A stretch of 64,000 nt of DNA, taken from contig OX597817.1 in assembly GCA_951406725.2 (NCBI GenBank), positions 176,204,001 through 176,268,000 on the forward strand, read 5' to 3'. Under the pieces are notes generated by a model. It saw only the letters and a list, made by a program, of their open reading frames with translations, was not told the origin of the DNA and ran no database searches. This DNA is from Octopus vulgaris (lineage: Eukaryota). How positions within the stretch are numbered: the stretch's first letter is position 1; each line of letters opens with the position of its first letter. Shown in pieces: positions 1 through 13,745 of the stretch. The position numbers were made by a program, and so were the translations under genes.

Positions 1-1040
1 CCCTCTCAGACATGCCCTCAGCCACGCAGAGAGCCACAACCACAAGTTATGCAGATGATACAAAAGTTTCACAGGCAATACAGAACCCTGAGGACACTAA
101 ACGCCTGCAATGTGAGCTGGACAAAATATACAAGTGGGCTGAAAAAAATAGCATGCAGTTTAATGCTGAAAAGTTTCAAGCTTTAAGCTATCAGCATGCA
201 AAACTAAATGCAATACCCAATAAATACACTGGACCTGGAGGGATTGCAATCCCAGAGGCACAATCAGTGCGAGACCTGGGTATTTACATGAGTGATGATG
301 CAACCTTTCATGTGCATGTTGCTAAATTGGCAATGAAATGTAGGCGGCTGACCGGATGGATTCTTAGAACCTTTAGAACAAGAGACCAGGAAACCATGAT
401 GGTCCTCTGGAGGACACTTGTCCTAAGCCACTTTAACTATTGCTCTCAGCTATGGTCACCATCCAGTGTCAAGTTAATCACAGAACTTGAGGCGATCCAA
501 CGAAGCTACACGAAGAAGATAGCCTCTATGCAGCATATAAGCTACTGGGAAAGACTCAAGAGACTAAGACTCTATTCCTTAGAGCGTAGGCGAGAAAGAT
601 ATGCCATAATATACATCTGGAAGATCCTAGAAGTTCTTGTCCCAAACTTTGGCATCGAGAGTTACACAAATGCTAGAACTGGGTGCCACTGCATGGTGCC
701 AAGGACTCCAGATTTGCCATCAAGATTTAGGACAAGATACTGTGATAACCTGGGCTTCAGATGCCCACAGCTCTTCAATATCCTCCCGAAGAACCTGAGA
801 GACCTGCATGGGGTGGATGCAGATGTCTTTATAATAAAACTGGATCTCTTCCTGTCAGGTGTCCCAGAAGAACCAACTTCACGGCAGATGAGGGCAGCTG
901 CATCGAACTCTCTCATGCACCAAATAGCAGTTGCTAAAAAGCATTTGTGTAGTAAAATCATGTAGCAACACAAAATGGCGGTGCCCCAGCATGGCCATAG
1001 CTCGTGAGCTGAAACTAGATAAAATAAAATAAAAAAATAA
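1..1040 (+). mobile_element. CR1/L2-type non-LTR retrotransposon, 3' part (RT C-terminus), running off the left edge
   Basis: ORF 12..965 has RT motif YADD, then FNAEK, VRDLGI, YCSQLWSP and LYSLERRRER, typical of CR1/L2/Crack ORF2 C-termini. An A-rich tail follows at about 1020-1040. A degenerate relative lies at 59228-60350. Confidence 0.85.
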
Positions 1041-1065
1041 ATAATGATAATGATAATAATAATAA

Positions 1066-4000
1066 GAAGAATTAAAACCTGATTTTACTGAGTTAAATTA
1101 AATTATTTACGCTTCTGCTAGGGCAATTAAAACCAGCTGTATGCCCCCGAAAAAACAAAGAAAACCAAACCTGGGAAGAAATCAAACCTGGAGAAGTAAA
1201 ATTGAAAGAGAGATTGAATTTATGAGAGGGGAAATATCAATATTAAATGAACTAATATGTGGAAATGATGTAAGATCCAGAACAGGAAGAAAGATGAAGA
1301 GAAAATTTGGATCCTCACCAAGAGAAGAACTGATATCAATAAAAGAAACGCTGAAACAAAAAGTCCAAGCAAAAACCCAAAGAATACGAAGATTTGAGAA
1401 GAGAAACAAGTTTTACAAGCAAAATAAGCTGTTCACATCCAATGCCAAAAAATTCTACAGAGAAATAGGGAAGGAGAAAGTAACCGTTAAAGACCCCCCT
1501 CCCATGGAAGAAGTTCAAAACTTTTGGAAAAGGATTTGGAGTGACAAGAAGATGTACAACATAAATGCAGACTGGATTATACAAACTGAAGGATCCTACC
1601 AAAATTTACAACAACAAGCATGGGAAGACATCACAATAGCAGACCTAAGAAAGGCACTCACGAAGGCCCATAATTGGAAATCCCCCGGTAAAGATAGGGT
1701 GCCGAATTTCTTGCTCGCATTGCTCCCATGCGCACATGGTAAGCTAGTTCAGCTGCTCAATGGAATTATGAGAGACCTAAAGAAAACACCTGAATGGTTA
1801 GCAAGTGGTATTACTTACCTACTCCCAAAGAATAACGAAACCAACCTTCCCAAAAACTATCGGCCTATAACCTGTCTATCCACCACGTATAAAATCCTAA
1901 CATCTATCCTGGCGGAGAAAACATATGCATTCTTGGAGAAGAACGATATTTTCCCCATTGAACAAAAAGGGTGCCGCCGAGGCTCTTACGGATGCAAAGA
2001 TCAACTGCTAATCAATCGTATGATCCTTGAGAACTGTCACAACAAGCGCAGAAATCTCAGCACCGCATGGATTGACTATAAAAAGGCCTTCGACAGTATA
2101 CCGCATCCATGGATCTTGAGATCGCTGGACATCTTCAAAATTTCCCCTGTGATTTCAAACTTCCCGAAGCACAATATGTCGTTGTGGAATACGAATCTCC
2201 AATTATACCACTCTAATGGAGTACTTGCCTCAGAAAATATAAACATCAACTGTGGAATTTTTCAAGGTGACTCACTTTCACCTTTAATATTCTGCATAGC
2301 CCTAATACCCCTTACAAGTGAATTAAACAGAACAGGGTATGGGTATAAAATTGCCAATAAAAAAATAAGCCATCTATTTTATATGGATGACTTAAAACTT
2401 TATGGTAAAGACAATAATGAACTTGAAGGCCTATTGCGCACTGTGAAAGCATTCAGCGATGACATTGGGATGGAGTTTGGACTTGAGAAGTGTGCCAAGG
2501 CCACTTTCCAGAAAGGGAAAGTGAAGACCACAAATTCAGTCATGTTAGATGTTGACACAGTCATAAGAGAGCTTGAGCAAGAACAAACATACAAATATTT
2601 AGGGATAAATGAAGGCTCTGGTATTCAGCATGCAAGCATGAAAGAGAAGATCAGGAAGGAATGTTATAGGAGAGTTCGTGCAGTCCTGAAATCTGAACTA
2701 AATGCATGTAACAAGGTGTTAGCTATAAATTCCTTAGCAGTTCCAGTTGTTACTTATAGCTACAATGTGTTGAACTGGAATATGAGTGAAGTAAAGAATA
2801 TAGATAGGAAAATATGCAAGCTGCTGAGTTGTAATAGGATGCACCACCCAAAGGCAGACGTAGATCGCCTTTACCTTCCCAGAGCCCAAGGAGGTCGAGG
2901 CCTGATCCAATTTGAACTAGCTTACAAAACAACCACAATCGGACTGGCCAAATATCTCGAAATAACGAATGACTGGATGCTAAAGCTCGTGGAAAATCAC
3001 GAGAGACGAAAGAAGCTTCATTCTATCATCAAGGAAAGCAAAAAATTTGCTATTGATCTCGTGCAGGATACCCAAACTGAACAACCCGAGGGAAGTACGG
3101 CAACTATTGTTGCAAAGAAGGTGAAAATAATGGCAACGAAAAAAGCGCACGAGCAATTGGCTGATAGGTGGGAGGAGAAACCTCTGCACGGCAAATATGT
3201 GGCCCGCAGCAAACAAGCTGATGTTGACCAGAAGCAAACCCATCAGTGGCTACGGAGCTCAGGGCTAAAAGCAGAGAGCGAAGGTTTCATCCTGGCTGCT
3301 CAAGAACAAAGCCTATTAACCCGGAACTACCAGGCCAATGTGATGAAAAATGGAGCAGACCCAAAATGCTGATTCTGCAACGACATGATTGAAACAGTGG
3401 ACCACCTAATCTCTGGATGTAAAGTCTTAGCACCAGTGGAGTACAAATTAAGACATGACAGAGTTGGCCAATACCTCCACTGGCTAATAAGTCGGCATTA
3501 CAATATCAAAACTGCCGACAAGTGGTATAATCACCACCCTCAGGCTGTAACTGAAGGAGAAAATGTAACCATTCTGTGGGACTTTCCAGTACATACAGAC
3601 CGAACCATCAAGGCCAATAAACCAGATATTGTTGTGAAAGACCAAAACAATAAAGTTTGCTTATTGATCGACATGAGCATCCCCTGTGATCATAATATCT
3701 CAGCGAAAGAGTTTGACAAGCTCAGAAAATATAAAGACTTACTCATTGAAATTGAGAAAATGTGGCATCTGAAGGCGGTTACAATACCAGTGATCGTAGG
3801 AGCACTAGGAATGATCAAGAAGGGAACCGAAAATTATATGAGAATGATCCCTGGCTTACCATCCCTGCAAGAAGTGCAAAAGATTGTCTTAACTGGTACA
3901 TCACACGTATTGAGAAGAGCATTGTCGATGTGAGAACTGTTGCTGCTCATGTATTTTAATTTAACTTAAAAAAAAAAAAATTTTTTTAAATGAACGAACT

Positions 4001-4111
4001 ATTGAGTTTGGTTTAATGGCCTACCAATGTATACTATGAGTTTCTTTGCCCTAGGAGTCGGGAAGACACTCGGCAAGAAATGGAAGCAAATTTGAAAGAA
4101 GAAAAAAAAAG
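1066..4111 (+). mobile_element. R4/Dong-clade non-LTR retrotransposon (RT plus restriction-like endonuclease), 5'-truncated
   Basis: RT motifs NWKSPGKD, YRPITCL, WIDYKKAFDS, GIFQGDSLSP, HLFYMDD, YKYLG and RAQGGRGL. C-terminal CCHC knuckle (C*FC...DHLISGC), RHD and PD..D..K nuclease motifs. Ends in poly(A) and is flanked by (TAA)n on both sides. Confidence 0.9.
1141..3933 (+). pseudogene. Dong/R4 RT-RLE ORF interrupted by one nonsense codon
   Basis: ORFs 1141..3372 and 3385..3933 are in the same frame, joined by tgc-TGA-ttc-tgc at 3367-3378 (probable CGA>TGA in CRFC). The frame extends upstream to 1066 with another stop at 1099-1101. Confidence 0.85.
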
Positions 4112-5593
4112 TAATAATAATAATAATAATAATAATTATAATTATAATGAATGTATTGTATAAAGTGCTCAGATGCACCAAAATTCACCAGAAAAGGTAG
4201 CCAAAAGTGCATGTACAGTAGATAAAATATTACACAGAAAGTGAACAGTGAATGTGTTGGTTTGAAAAAAATGTGCAGGACATCAAGTTTATTGTTGATG
4301 AATTTCAGAAAGCATGGAAGTTTTGAATGATGTAGTGTACTGCTCTTGACTTTTCCCATCCAAAGTTTTTTAACCCAGTGGTTTACTTGCTGTTATATTA
4401 TTAGTGTTTGGAGGGTGATGAACTGGTTGAGTCATTAACAAGTCAGACAAAATGTTAACACTATTTCTTTTAGCTCTTTATTTTCTGGGTTCAAATTCCA
4501 CCAAGTGTGACATTGTTTTTCATTCTTTCAGGGTTGATAACAGAAGTACCAGGAAAACAATATGGTCGACTTAATGTCCTCTTTAAGTCTTTAGCATTCT
4601 GATTATTCTGTCAAATGTAAAGGTTCTTTATTCGCATTCTTTTCAATTAACCATGTATTTTCTCATAGTTTCAAGTTTTCAATGTTGCGATTGTTTATTT
4701 TTAGAATGACAGTGTACAGGTAGAATATTTGGGCTGGATCTGGCCTGTTTGAAAATAAAAACAGGTAGAATATATGGACTGGATATTACCAAAATATTAA
4801 AGGGTTAAGATTGCTGGCCTTGTGCAAAAATCTGAAACTATTGTATTATTAGTGTTTGTTATGGTTTGGTGTAATGTATTTTGTGTTCTATTTTATGAAA
4901 TTTTTTATATGTTTATCTTTCTTTAGTTAGTCTGCTTTTGATTCATTTGCTACACTGTGTTATTTGTGTACTTTTACTAGGTTTCGTGTCTGATGTCTCT
5001 GTGCGTCTCTTGTTCTATGTCTTGATCTATTAGTTTGAATCAATAGCTGTTATTTGTTAATGTTTGATTTAGTCAGCTGATATCCTTATCTTGCACTTCA
5101 ATTATGGTGGAAAATCCAAATACTCTTCTAAGTAGGGATTTTGGCTCTGACACTTTGTATCTATGCAAACATTTGCTGTTTCCATTTTAGTATATTCATT
5201 TATTTATGTCCTTGATGTAAACGGACATGGTGTAACTGCTATTTTCCATCTGAATATTTATGTTTAGGAATAGCTTTATTATATTGGTACGATTTTTATT
5301 TGTGCAGTTCTCAATGCTGAATTTTATAGTAGAGTAGTTTTCGAGGTCTTCATTTATTATATCAGTTTATTCTCCTGCATCTTTTCTTTATGATGAGTAT
5401 ATCAACCACTTACCTGGTTTATATCATGCTTATGTAACTGTAGCATTTTATTTTCAATTGTGGCCATAGCAAATGCTATGACCATAAAGCTTAAGCAAGA
5501 ACCTATCGTTGCTCCATATTTTTATTTATATCATTTATTTTGTGGACAGTGAAAGATCATTTCACTTTTATAGAACACTAATAATTTCTTTGT

Positions 5594-5839
5594 GGAGGCG
5601 CGTGGCTTAGTGGTTAGAGTGTCAGCATCATGATTGTAAGATTGTGGTTTCGATTCCTGGACCGGGCGACGCATTGTGTTCTTGAGCAAAACACTTCATT
5701 TCACATTGCTCCAGTCCACTCAGCTGGCAAAAATGAGTAACGCTGCGATGGACTGGTGTCCCGTCCAGCTGGGGAACACATACGCCACTGAAAACGGGAA
5801 ACTGGGCCCATGAGCCTGGCTAGGCTTTAATATGGGAAC

Positions 5840-5842
<3 letters not shown>
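5594..5842 (+). mobile_element. tRNA-derived SINE (family A)
   Basis: Pol III A box TGGCTTAGTGG and B box GTTTCGATTCC, a CORE-like 'cttgagcaaaacacttc' and a (TTA)n tail. A close second copy is at 29799-30050. Confidence 0.8.
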
Positions 5843-5891
<49 letters not shown>

Positions 5892-6334
5892 AATAATAAT
5901 TTCTTTAGTATGTTAGCTTGTGTCATGATTACACAATTCACATTACCAAAAGATGCTATCACCATGGCACATGTTATTATAAAATTCAGTACAATGTACA
6001 CAAGAATGTGTATAATGACAATGATTGGAAAATTAGGCTGATAATTATACAATTGTTAAAAGAATCCAAGACACTGACTCAAAGCTAATTATCAGCTTAC
6101 CTCCGTCATTGTTACTGATAGCTAAATATAAACAGGCTATACATAATCACAAAAACACATTGAACAGTCCACTAATTAGTCACTTACCTTCCTTTAGAAC
6201 ATTTTAACAAACTCTTTATTATCCACCAGCAAGATGCTCCATGTGATCTACTGTTTTACTGACTTCTAACTTTAAAACAACTTACTGAAGGCAATTTATC
6301 TGCACAGAAAGTTACTTAAAACAATGACTTTTAA

Positions 6335-6553
6335 CCCTTTTGTTACTATATTTATTTTGAGATGCTGTGTTTCTTTCAATTACTTTAAATATAACTAAGA
6401 ATTTAGTAAATTAACTTAGTTATCATTCAGTCAGTGTTAGGAACATAAATTGTGACTAAGGTTTGGTGGAAAATTTTAATTCAAAACTTATGAAAACAAG
6501 ACCTTTGTACTACAGAGCCAGAGCCGGTTTCAGCCCAGTTGGTAGCAAAAGGG
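6335..6553. mobile_element. piggyBac-type MITE
   Basis: TTAA|CCCTTTTG...CAAAAGGG|TTAA: terminal inverted repeats with TTAA target duplication. A degenerate relative is at about 19342-19552. Confidence 0.75.
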
Positions 6554-6679
6554 TTAAATTGGAAGAAGAGCAATGGCTCTTGCCTGTATCACACATTAGT
6601 AGCCTATCTTAACTTAAAAGACATCAAAAACTTCTGGTAATCAATATGAAGAAATATGTAATAGCCCTCATATCACTGC

Positions 6680-6915
6680 TTATTTCTTTATTGCCCACAA
6701 GGGGCTGAACATAGAGGGGACAAACAAGGACAGACAAAGGGATGATAAGTCAATAACATCGACCCCAGTGTGTAACTAGTACTTAATTTATCGACCCCAA
6801 AAGGATGAAAGGCAAAGTCGACCTCAGCAGAATTTGAACTAAGAACATAACAGCAGACAAAATACCGCTAAGCATTTCACCTGGCATGCTAACCACTCTG
6901 CCAGCTCACCGCCTC
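6680..6915 (-). mobile_element. tRNA-derived SINE (family B, MetaSINE-like central domain)
   Basis: Recurrent block 'gagttcaaattc..gtcgactttgcctttcatcctttcggggtcgataaa' on the minus strand. Similar copies at about 8230-8560, 18785-19180, 44312-44545 (+) and 44655-44795. Confidence 0.7.
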
Positions 6916-7783
6916 GTATCACTACTGCTGTCAAAAGGATTTTGTCAGCATCTTGCATTGAACTCCTTAACCTTTTACCATGCTTATTTATTCACATTTT
7001 TCTGAATTAATCATGCATGATCTGATAGATTTGTGGTTTCAATGATCTGATTGATTATTTTTAGAATAACATTTTTGGGTAGGTGTGAGAAGCTGTATCT
7101 GGCTGGTGTGAACATAGAACAGGGGCCAGACATAGCTTGTTTAAATGCTAAAGTGTTGATGTCTAGTGTGTAAAGAAGATTGTAGCACCTGGTTCTAAGA
7201 CAAAAATGTCCCTGTAAACTAACTGACCCCTGACCTTCTTTGATATATTATGCTTACATGATCACACCACTCGTGAAATTTATCAGGACCTCACTTTTTA
7301 ATATTTTAGTAGTCCTTCAGACAAGACTGCCAAACACTATCAAATAACTCATCAAAAATGAAATAATGCTGTTTGATCTTCACCAACAAATAATTTCTTT
7401 TTGTAACCGCTACAACAGAAACAGAACCCTGGATTTACACTGTCTGCAATATAACCAACTACACTATAGCTCATACTTTTTCTTAAAACAAAATTCCAAA
7501 CAACAGAAGCTTTCGGTTATCCAGTTAAGATGATGAATGTCACTCACTGTTAAGAATGCTTGCATTTAAAAATTCGTAATTAAATGAAATTACTAAGTAT
7601 TGTGTATTATTAACCACAGGGTAGGTTCAAGACTATATAAGACTATGTGGTTAACTTTCGGGCCTGCTTGGCACTTTGGGTGGGTGTCTTCTACTTCAGT
7701 TGCAAGATGACCAAAGACTTATGCATGAATTTGGTGGATGGAAACTAAAAGCAGTCTGCTGTGTATGTGTGCGTGTGTGTGTG

Positions 7784-7881
<98 letters not shown>

Positions 7882-8229
7882 CAATAACACAGATGGGTTG
7901 CAGTTCACTACAGCTGTTTCAGACATGTTTTTTTTATTGATGAACAAACCAATTATATCATGTGCAAAAACTAATTTCTTCTGATGAATTAAAATCCAAA
8001 ATTTAATACTTAGAATTATTCATGCAAAAAGTATAGAATGTATTTTGACTCTCTCTCTTGTGTGTGTGTGTGTGTGTGTGTGTGTCTGTGAGTGTCCTTG
8101 TCTTGACACCACATGATGGTTGTAATCATCAGCCATTGTCACACAAGTGGTGTCATTCATTTCTCATCTTCTAAAGAAACACGTCTGGCCATGGGAAATA
8201 TTACCTTGCTTGTAAAACTTTGCCTTAGG

Positions 8230-8560
8230 CAAAGTTGATCTTGGCAGAATTTGAACTCAGAACATAGTGAAAGACGAAATACCACTAAACATTTCACCTG
8301 GTGTGCTAACAGTTTTGCCAACTCACCACCTAAATAATATTAATAATGGTTTCAAATTTTGGCATGAGGCCAGCAAGTTTAGGGGAGGGACTAAGTCGAT
8401 TAACTTGACCCCAGTGCTCAACTGATACTTATTTTATCGACCCCGAAAGGATGAAAGGCAAAGTCAACCTTGGCAGAATTTGAACTCAGCATGTAAAGAC
8501 AGATGAAATGGCACTAAACATTTTGCCCAGCATACTAATGATTCAGCCAGCTCACTGACC
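8230..8560 (-). mobile_element. Two tandem family-B SINE copies
   Basis: Two repeats of 'ggcaaagt(t/c)..cttggcagaatttgaactcag...cactaaacattt...gcca(a/g)ctcac'. Confidence 0.65.
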
Positions 8561-9000
8561 CAATAACAATAATAATAATAATAATAAGAGCAGAAATAAT
8601 TTTTTTCTAATTTTGGCACAAGACTAGCAATTTTTTAAGGAGAGTTGATATCATCAACCCCAGCACTTAACTAACACTTATTTTATTGATCCTAGAAGGA
8701 TGATAGGCAAAGTTGACCTCCACTGCACTTGAACAATGTTACTAATAATGATGAAGTTACTGTATACAGTGCTCAAGTACACTACAGCTTAAGGGAAAAG
8801 GTTAAAAGAAGGAACAAAGAGCAGTTATTTGAGCCAAGTGAAGAAAGCGATGAACGTTAGAAGTTTATAAAGGAATATAAGAGAAAAACAGAGAAAAGTA
8901 AACATTAAAAGCGATGCAGAGGTACATCAGGAGTAGTGTTGGTGAATATACATATATATGTATATGAGTGTGTGTGTGTGTATGTGTATATATATATGCA

Positions 9001-9067
<67 letters not shown>

Positions 9068-9219
9068 AGAACGGACGTTAAACGATGATGATGATGATGA
9101 ATGATGATGATATGTATATATATACATGCATATATATATATATATACATACATACCTACATACATACATATATATGTATAATATATGTATATATATATAT
9201 ATATATATGCACATATATA

Positions 9220-9382
9220 TGACAGGCTTCTTTCAATTCCTGTCCACCAAATCCACTCACAAAGCTTTGGTCAGCTCAAGGCTATAGTAGAAGACACTTG
9301 CCCAAGGTGCCACGCAGTGGGACTGAACCCAGAACCATGTGGTTGGTAAGCAAGTTACTTACCACACACCCACTTCTATGCC
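9220..9382 (-). mobile_element. tRNA-derived CORE-type SINE (family C) head
   Basis: Reverse complement of the head 'gtgtgtggtaagtaacttgcttaccaaccacatggttctgggttcagtcccactgcgtggcaccttgggcaagtgtc'. Confidence 0.75.
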
Positions 9383-11484
9383 TTCACAAATATATATATA
9401 TGCGCATATACATACAAACATGCATGTATATAAATATACATACTTACATACATACATACATACATACTTGCATGCATGCATGCATACATATGATGGCCTA
9501 CTTTCAGTTTCCATCAACTGAATCCGCTAATAAAGTTATGTTTGACTCCTTGCTGTAGTAGAAGAAGCTCGCCCAAGGTGCCACACAGTAGGACTGAACC
9601 TGAAACTATGTGACTGAGTAGCTAATAAAATCTGTATACAAACAAAAGGTAAGGCTATTATCAGAAGAATGCTAAATATCTGATCCAGTGAGCTATCATT
9701 TCTGTTCAATAAATCCAAATATTCAGCTATTTCTATTAAACCAAAAGCCATATGAAGCAATGACCCCCGACAGAGATCAAAACCACTGCATTATCTGTGA
9801 GTGGTTCTAACATGGCTGTTTTACTTGTTGTGGCTCTCCAGGCCAAAGCTGTTTGATTTATATTTCTATGCTTCCATATCGACTGACTGGTTTTATGAGA
9901 TGAGATAAGAACCTTGCCAAAGTGTTGATGTTGTTGTTGTTGCCGTTAGAGATCATTGAGTGATATAGCATCATAAATAGCAATCAATTTGTTGATGGTA
10001 AGTTATTAGTTTCAGCTGCCAGATTTGATATAGATTTTTAACTATTTACTTCAAAAAATTGTTTGCTGTATTTAAAATTTCAAAACAAACTGTGAATTCT
10101 ATAGCCTAAAGCTGGCTGCTACCATTATAGCTTTTCTCTGGTTGTGTCATAGAAAAACTGATTCTCTTATAAATATTGGCTTTGGAAAAGGGCACAATTT
10201 ATTGACATCCCTCTGTTCTTTGTCTACTCCAGACATTTAGGAACATTTGGATTCTTTTTTATTTTCATAGTCAGAGAGAAGGGCAGCACTTGTGACTTTC
10301 ATTTTTGCAGGGCACAAGACACTTGATATAGAGAAGGAGGAAGTTGTCCTCCAACTGGAAACCTGACCTGAATGTTTTTAACATGAGTGAGCCCTGCCAT
10401 AAATGTACCTAAGAACGAGATGCCAGGGTAAAATTAGGCAGTGGATTAATCTTTTAGCATTCAGATTAGTCAGCCAAATGCAAAAAGTAAAGGGTAAAGA
10501 CCACCTTTGCTCATGAATAACCATGGGATTGCACCTAGAAAGTTACCTCTGAGACACAAGTCCAGGCAAGGTTGTTTTTATGGAAGACCAGCAGTCACCC
10601 ATGCATATCAGCCTCCCCTCTTCATACCACTGATGTTATCCAAAGAAAGGCAAAAGCCAATACAGCTTGGCACCAGTGACGCCGCATCTCATTTCTATAG
10701 GTGAGTGAACTGGAGCATCATGAAATAAAGTGTCTTGCTCAAGAGCACAACACACAGCCCAGTCCAGGAATCGAACTTACTACTTCATGATTATGGGCTT
10801 AATGCTCTAAATACTGGGCCATGTGCCTTCATAATCAATTGCCGTAATTGTTACCCAATAACAGGCTTGTTATTTACTGTACCAGAGCTATTATTAGAAT
10901 TTCCCCAGAAATAATCACAGGTCAGATTTGTCAAGACAAGCCAACCAGCAAGAGACATTGAAGTCAACCAAAAATGGAATGGTTGTATAATATCCATAGT
11001 CTCAGTCGGTTATACTTGCGAATCCAGCTGGAATGTGTGAATTGACAGTTGCTTCTGATAGTACCTTGTGGAGGAAGTACCTGAAGTGTCTATCTCCATG
11101 ACCCTCCCAGTAACAGGGGTGGGGGAGAAAATGGATGGATGGTTATTTACTGTGCATCTAATAGGATGCTGGATGACAGAATTGTAAAGAACACCTGAGA
11201 AAATACCTTAAAGTACTTAAATATAACACTATATTCTCTAAGATGAAATCCAGCTAAGGTTGATGTTAGCCTTTCATCTTTCCAATGTTTATACAATATA
11301 TACTAGCACAGTACTAAATCAATGTATAGTTGATTTAAAGTATAATATTAAATCAAAGTATAGTTGATTTAATCAACTGTTTGCATTCCATTAGCATGTA
11401 CTTAATTGATTTCTAAGGCTAGTTAGTGTTAATGCTAGAAGCAACAGCAATCCTTTTGTTTACTTTGATAAACAATATGAACAA

Positions 11485-11645
11485 GGCATAGGAGTGGCTG
11501 TGTGGTAAGTAGCTTGCTTACGAACCACATGGTTCCGGGTTCAGTCCCACTGTGTGGCACCTTGGGCAACTGTCTTCTACTATAGTCTTGGGCCGACCAA
11601 AGCCTTGTGAGTGGATTTGGTAAACAGAAACTGAAAGAAGCCCGT
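11485..11645 (+). mobile_element. tRNA-derived CORE-type SINE (family C) head
   Basis: A box TGGCTGTGTGG, B box GGTTCAGTCCC and CORE-like 'caccttgggcaa'. Confidence 0.75.
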
Positions 11646-12121
11646 TTGGCCAAGCATGACCTTTCTTTCTTGGTTCAGCTACCATCCGTGTTGCATCCCT
11701 TATATTTCTTCCCATGGCTTTCATCTTCTATGTTCCTGCTGTAAGGCTTTCACTTCCACACACACCAACTTGATTTAAATCGTCCTTAGTTGAAAGACAC
11801 CTGTTGTTAATGTCCTGTTGTTTGTATTTCTAATTGTGTACCATTTCTCTGGGGTTTTTTTGTCCTTGTTTTCATATACAGTTGCTTGCTTTCTTCCAAA
11901 GAATCTAGTGCTCTTAGCTTAGCTTTTCTTGGGGCCAGCCAGGTTAGTGCCATCTCAAGTGTAACCGGCTGAAACTGCAAAGATGATCTGGAACGCGACT
12001 GAAGATTAAAAACTCCAAAGGACCCGTCATTGTTTTTTCCTGTCCTTTTTTGTATTGTCTGACTGTCCAAATGTTTTTGGTTGCCTGTTATGTTCTTGTT
12101 CCATTTTTTATTTTGTTTATA

Positions 12122-12280
12122 TGAGTGGCTGTGTGGTAAGTACCTTGCTTACCAACCACATGGTTCCGGGTCCATTCCCACTGCGTGGCACCTTGGGTAA
12201 ATGTCTTCTACTATAGCCTCGAGCCAACCTAAGCCTTCTGAGTGGATTTGGTAGACGGAAACTGAAAGAAGCCTGTTGTA

Positions 12281-12325
<45 letters not shown>

Positions 12326-12535
12326 ATGTTTGTGTGTCTGTGTTTGTCCCCCCAATATTGCTTGACAACCGATGCTGGTGTGCTTACGTCCCCGTAACTT
12401 AGCGGTTTGGCAAAAGAGACTGATAGAATAAGTACTAGGCTTACAAAGAATAAGTCCTGGGGTTGATTTGTTCGACCAAAGGCGGTGCTCCAGCATGGCC
12501 ACAGTAAAATGACTGAAACAAGTAAAAGAATAATA

Positions 12536-12540
<5 letters not shown>
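12122..12540 (+). mobile_element. Full-length family C SINE with an internal TA/TG microsatellite
   Basis: Head as at 11485, internal (TA)n(TG)n, and 3' body ending 'gactgaaacaagtaaaagaa'. The same layout occurs at 57925-58320 (+), 45020-45412 (-), 54640-55035 (-) and 36600-36975 (-). Confidence 0.8.
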
Positions 12541-12581
<41 letters not shown>

Positions 12582-12813
12582 CTTTATAGTTATTTCTGAG
12601 TATGCATTGTCTGGGACTTTTTCTTGCAGTTGAAGAAATAGCCAAATATTTGGCTGCTATTTCTAAAAAGCTCGGTGTGTGGTAAAGTGAATTATTTTAC
12701 TTTACCCTATTTTTATAAGGTAATATTTCAAATATACCGTAAATGGTCGTTTTACATACCGAACACTGCTCGGTCGAATTAATTAATAATTAATTAATTT
12801 TACCCTTTTTATT

Positions 12814-12885
<72 letters not shown>

Positions 12886-12982
12886 ATATGTATGTATATA
12901 TATATGTATGTATATATATGTATATATATATATTTATATATATATGTATATACATATGTATATACATATGTATATATATATG

Positions 12983-13022
<40 letters not shown>

Positions 13023-13708
13023 GATTGTTGGCGATTTTTTTCCTCTGTCTTCCTTTTCTCTTAGACTTTCCGCCATCTCCTGTCTCTGATGAAGAGCTTT
13101 GTTCAAGAGTGAAACTACCTTTCTTTTCTTCCCTGAGCATCTGCTAATACTTTGCATGTACCACATCCTCATGTTGTTTTTTCTTGTTGTGTTTTTTCTT
13201 TGTTTTTTTTTTATATGTATATATATATACACACACACATACCTACATACATTCACACACACACACATATACACATATGTGATGGACTTCCATGCAGTTT
13301 CTGCCTACCAAATTCACTCACAAGTCATTGGTCAGCCCAGGACTATAGAGGAAGACACTTGCCCAAAGTGTCATGCAGTGGGACTGAACCCAAAACCATG
13401 TGACATAATTGATTTCAAACTTATTTCATAGAATTTTTTTAATGACAAATTTGTCTACACTTATTATCTTGTCTTAGTAGGACTTGGTGGGAGAAGGTTT
13501 GGCAGGTGTAATTAGCAAAATGAACTAATTACACTTGAACTTCTTAATTAACGTAACAATTCATTAATTGGATAAAACATACTAATTGATAGTGTATTTT
13601 GTATTGTTGATGCATAAATAAAAAAAAATTAATAAAAATCAAAAGTATAAATTAAAAGAATATGCTTAATTATCAGTTATTCAGTTAGGTGTGTTATACG
13701 TATATGTA

Positions 13709-13745
<37 letters not shown>

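Noticed and set aside
3370-3372. In-frame TGA in the Dong zinc knuckle as possible selenocysteine
   Set aside because: It occupies the non-ligand position of CxxC (CRFC), so CGA>TGA CpG decay is simpler.
5594-5665. tRNA gene
   Set aside because: A and B boxes are present but there is no proper cloverleaf, and the sequence continues into a SINE body repeated at 29799.
10303-10375. Possible host exon after 'ttttgcag'
   Set aside because: Short, hits a stop, has no recognisable domain and no partner exons.
13081-13120. CUGAUGA-AGAGC-UUU-GUUC...GAAAC hammerhead-like motif
   Set aside because: GAAA is displaced from stem II and no stem I or III closes. At best a decayed PLE relic.
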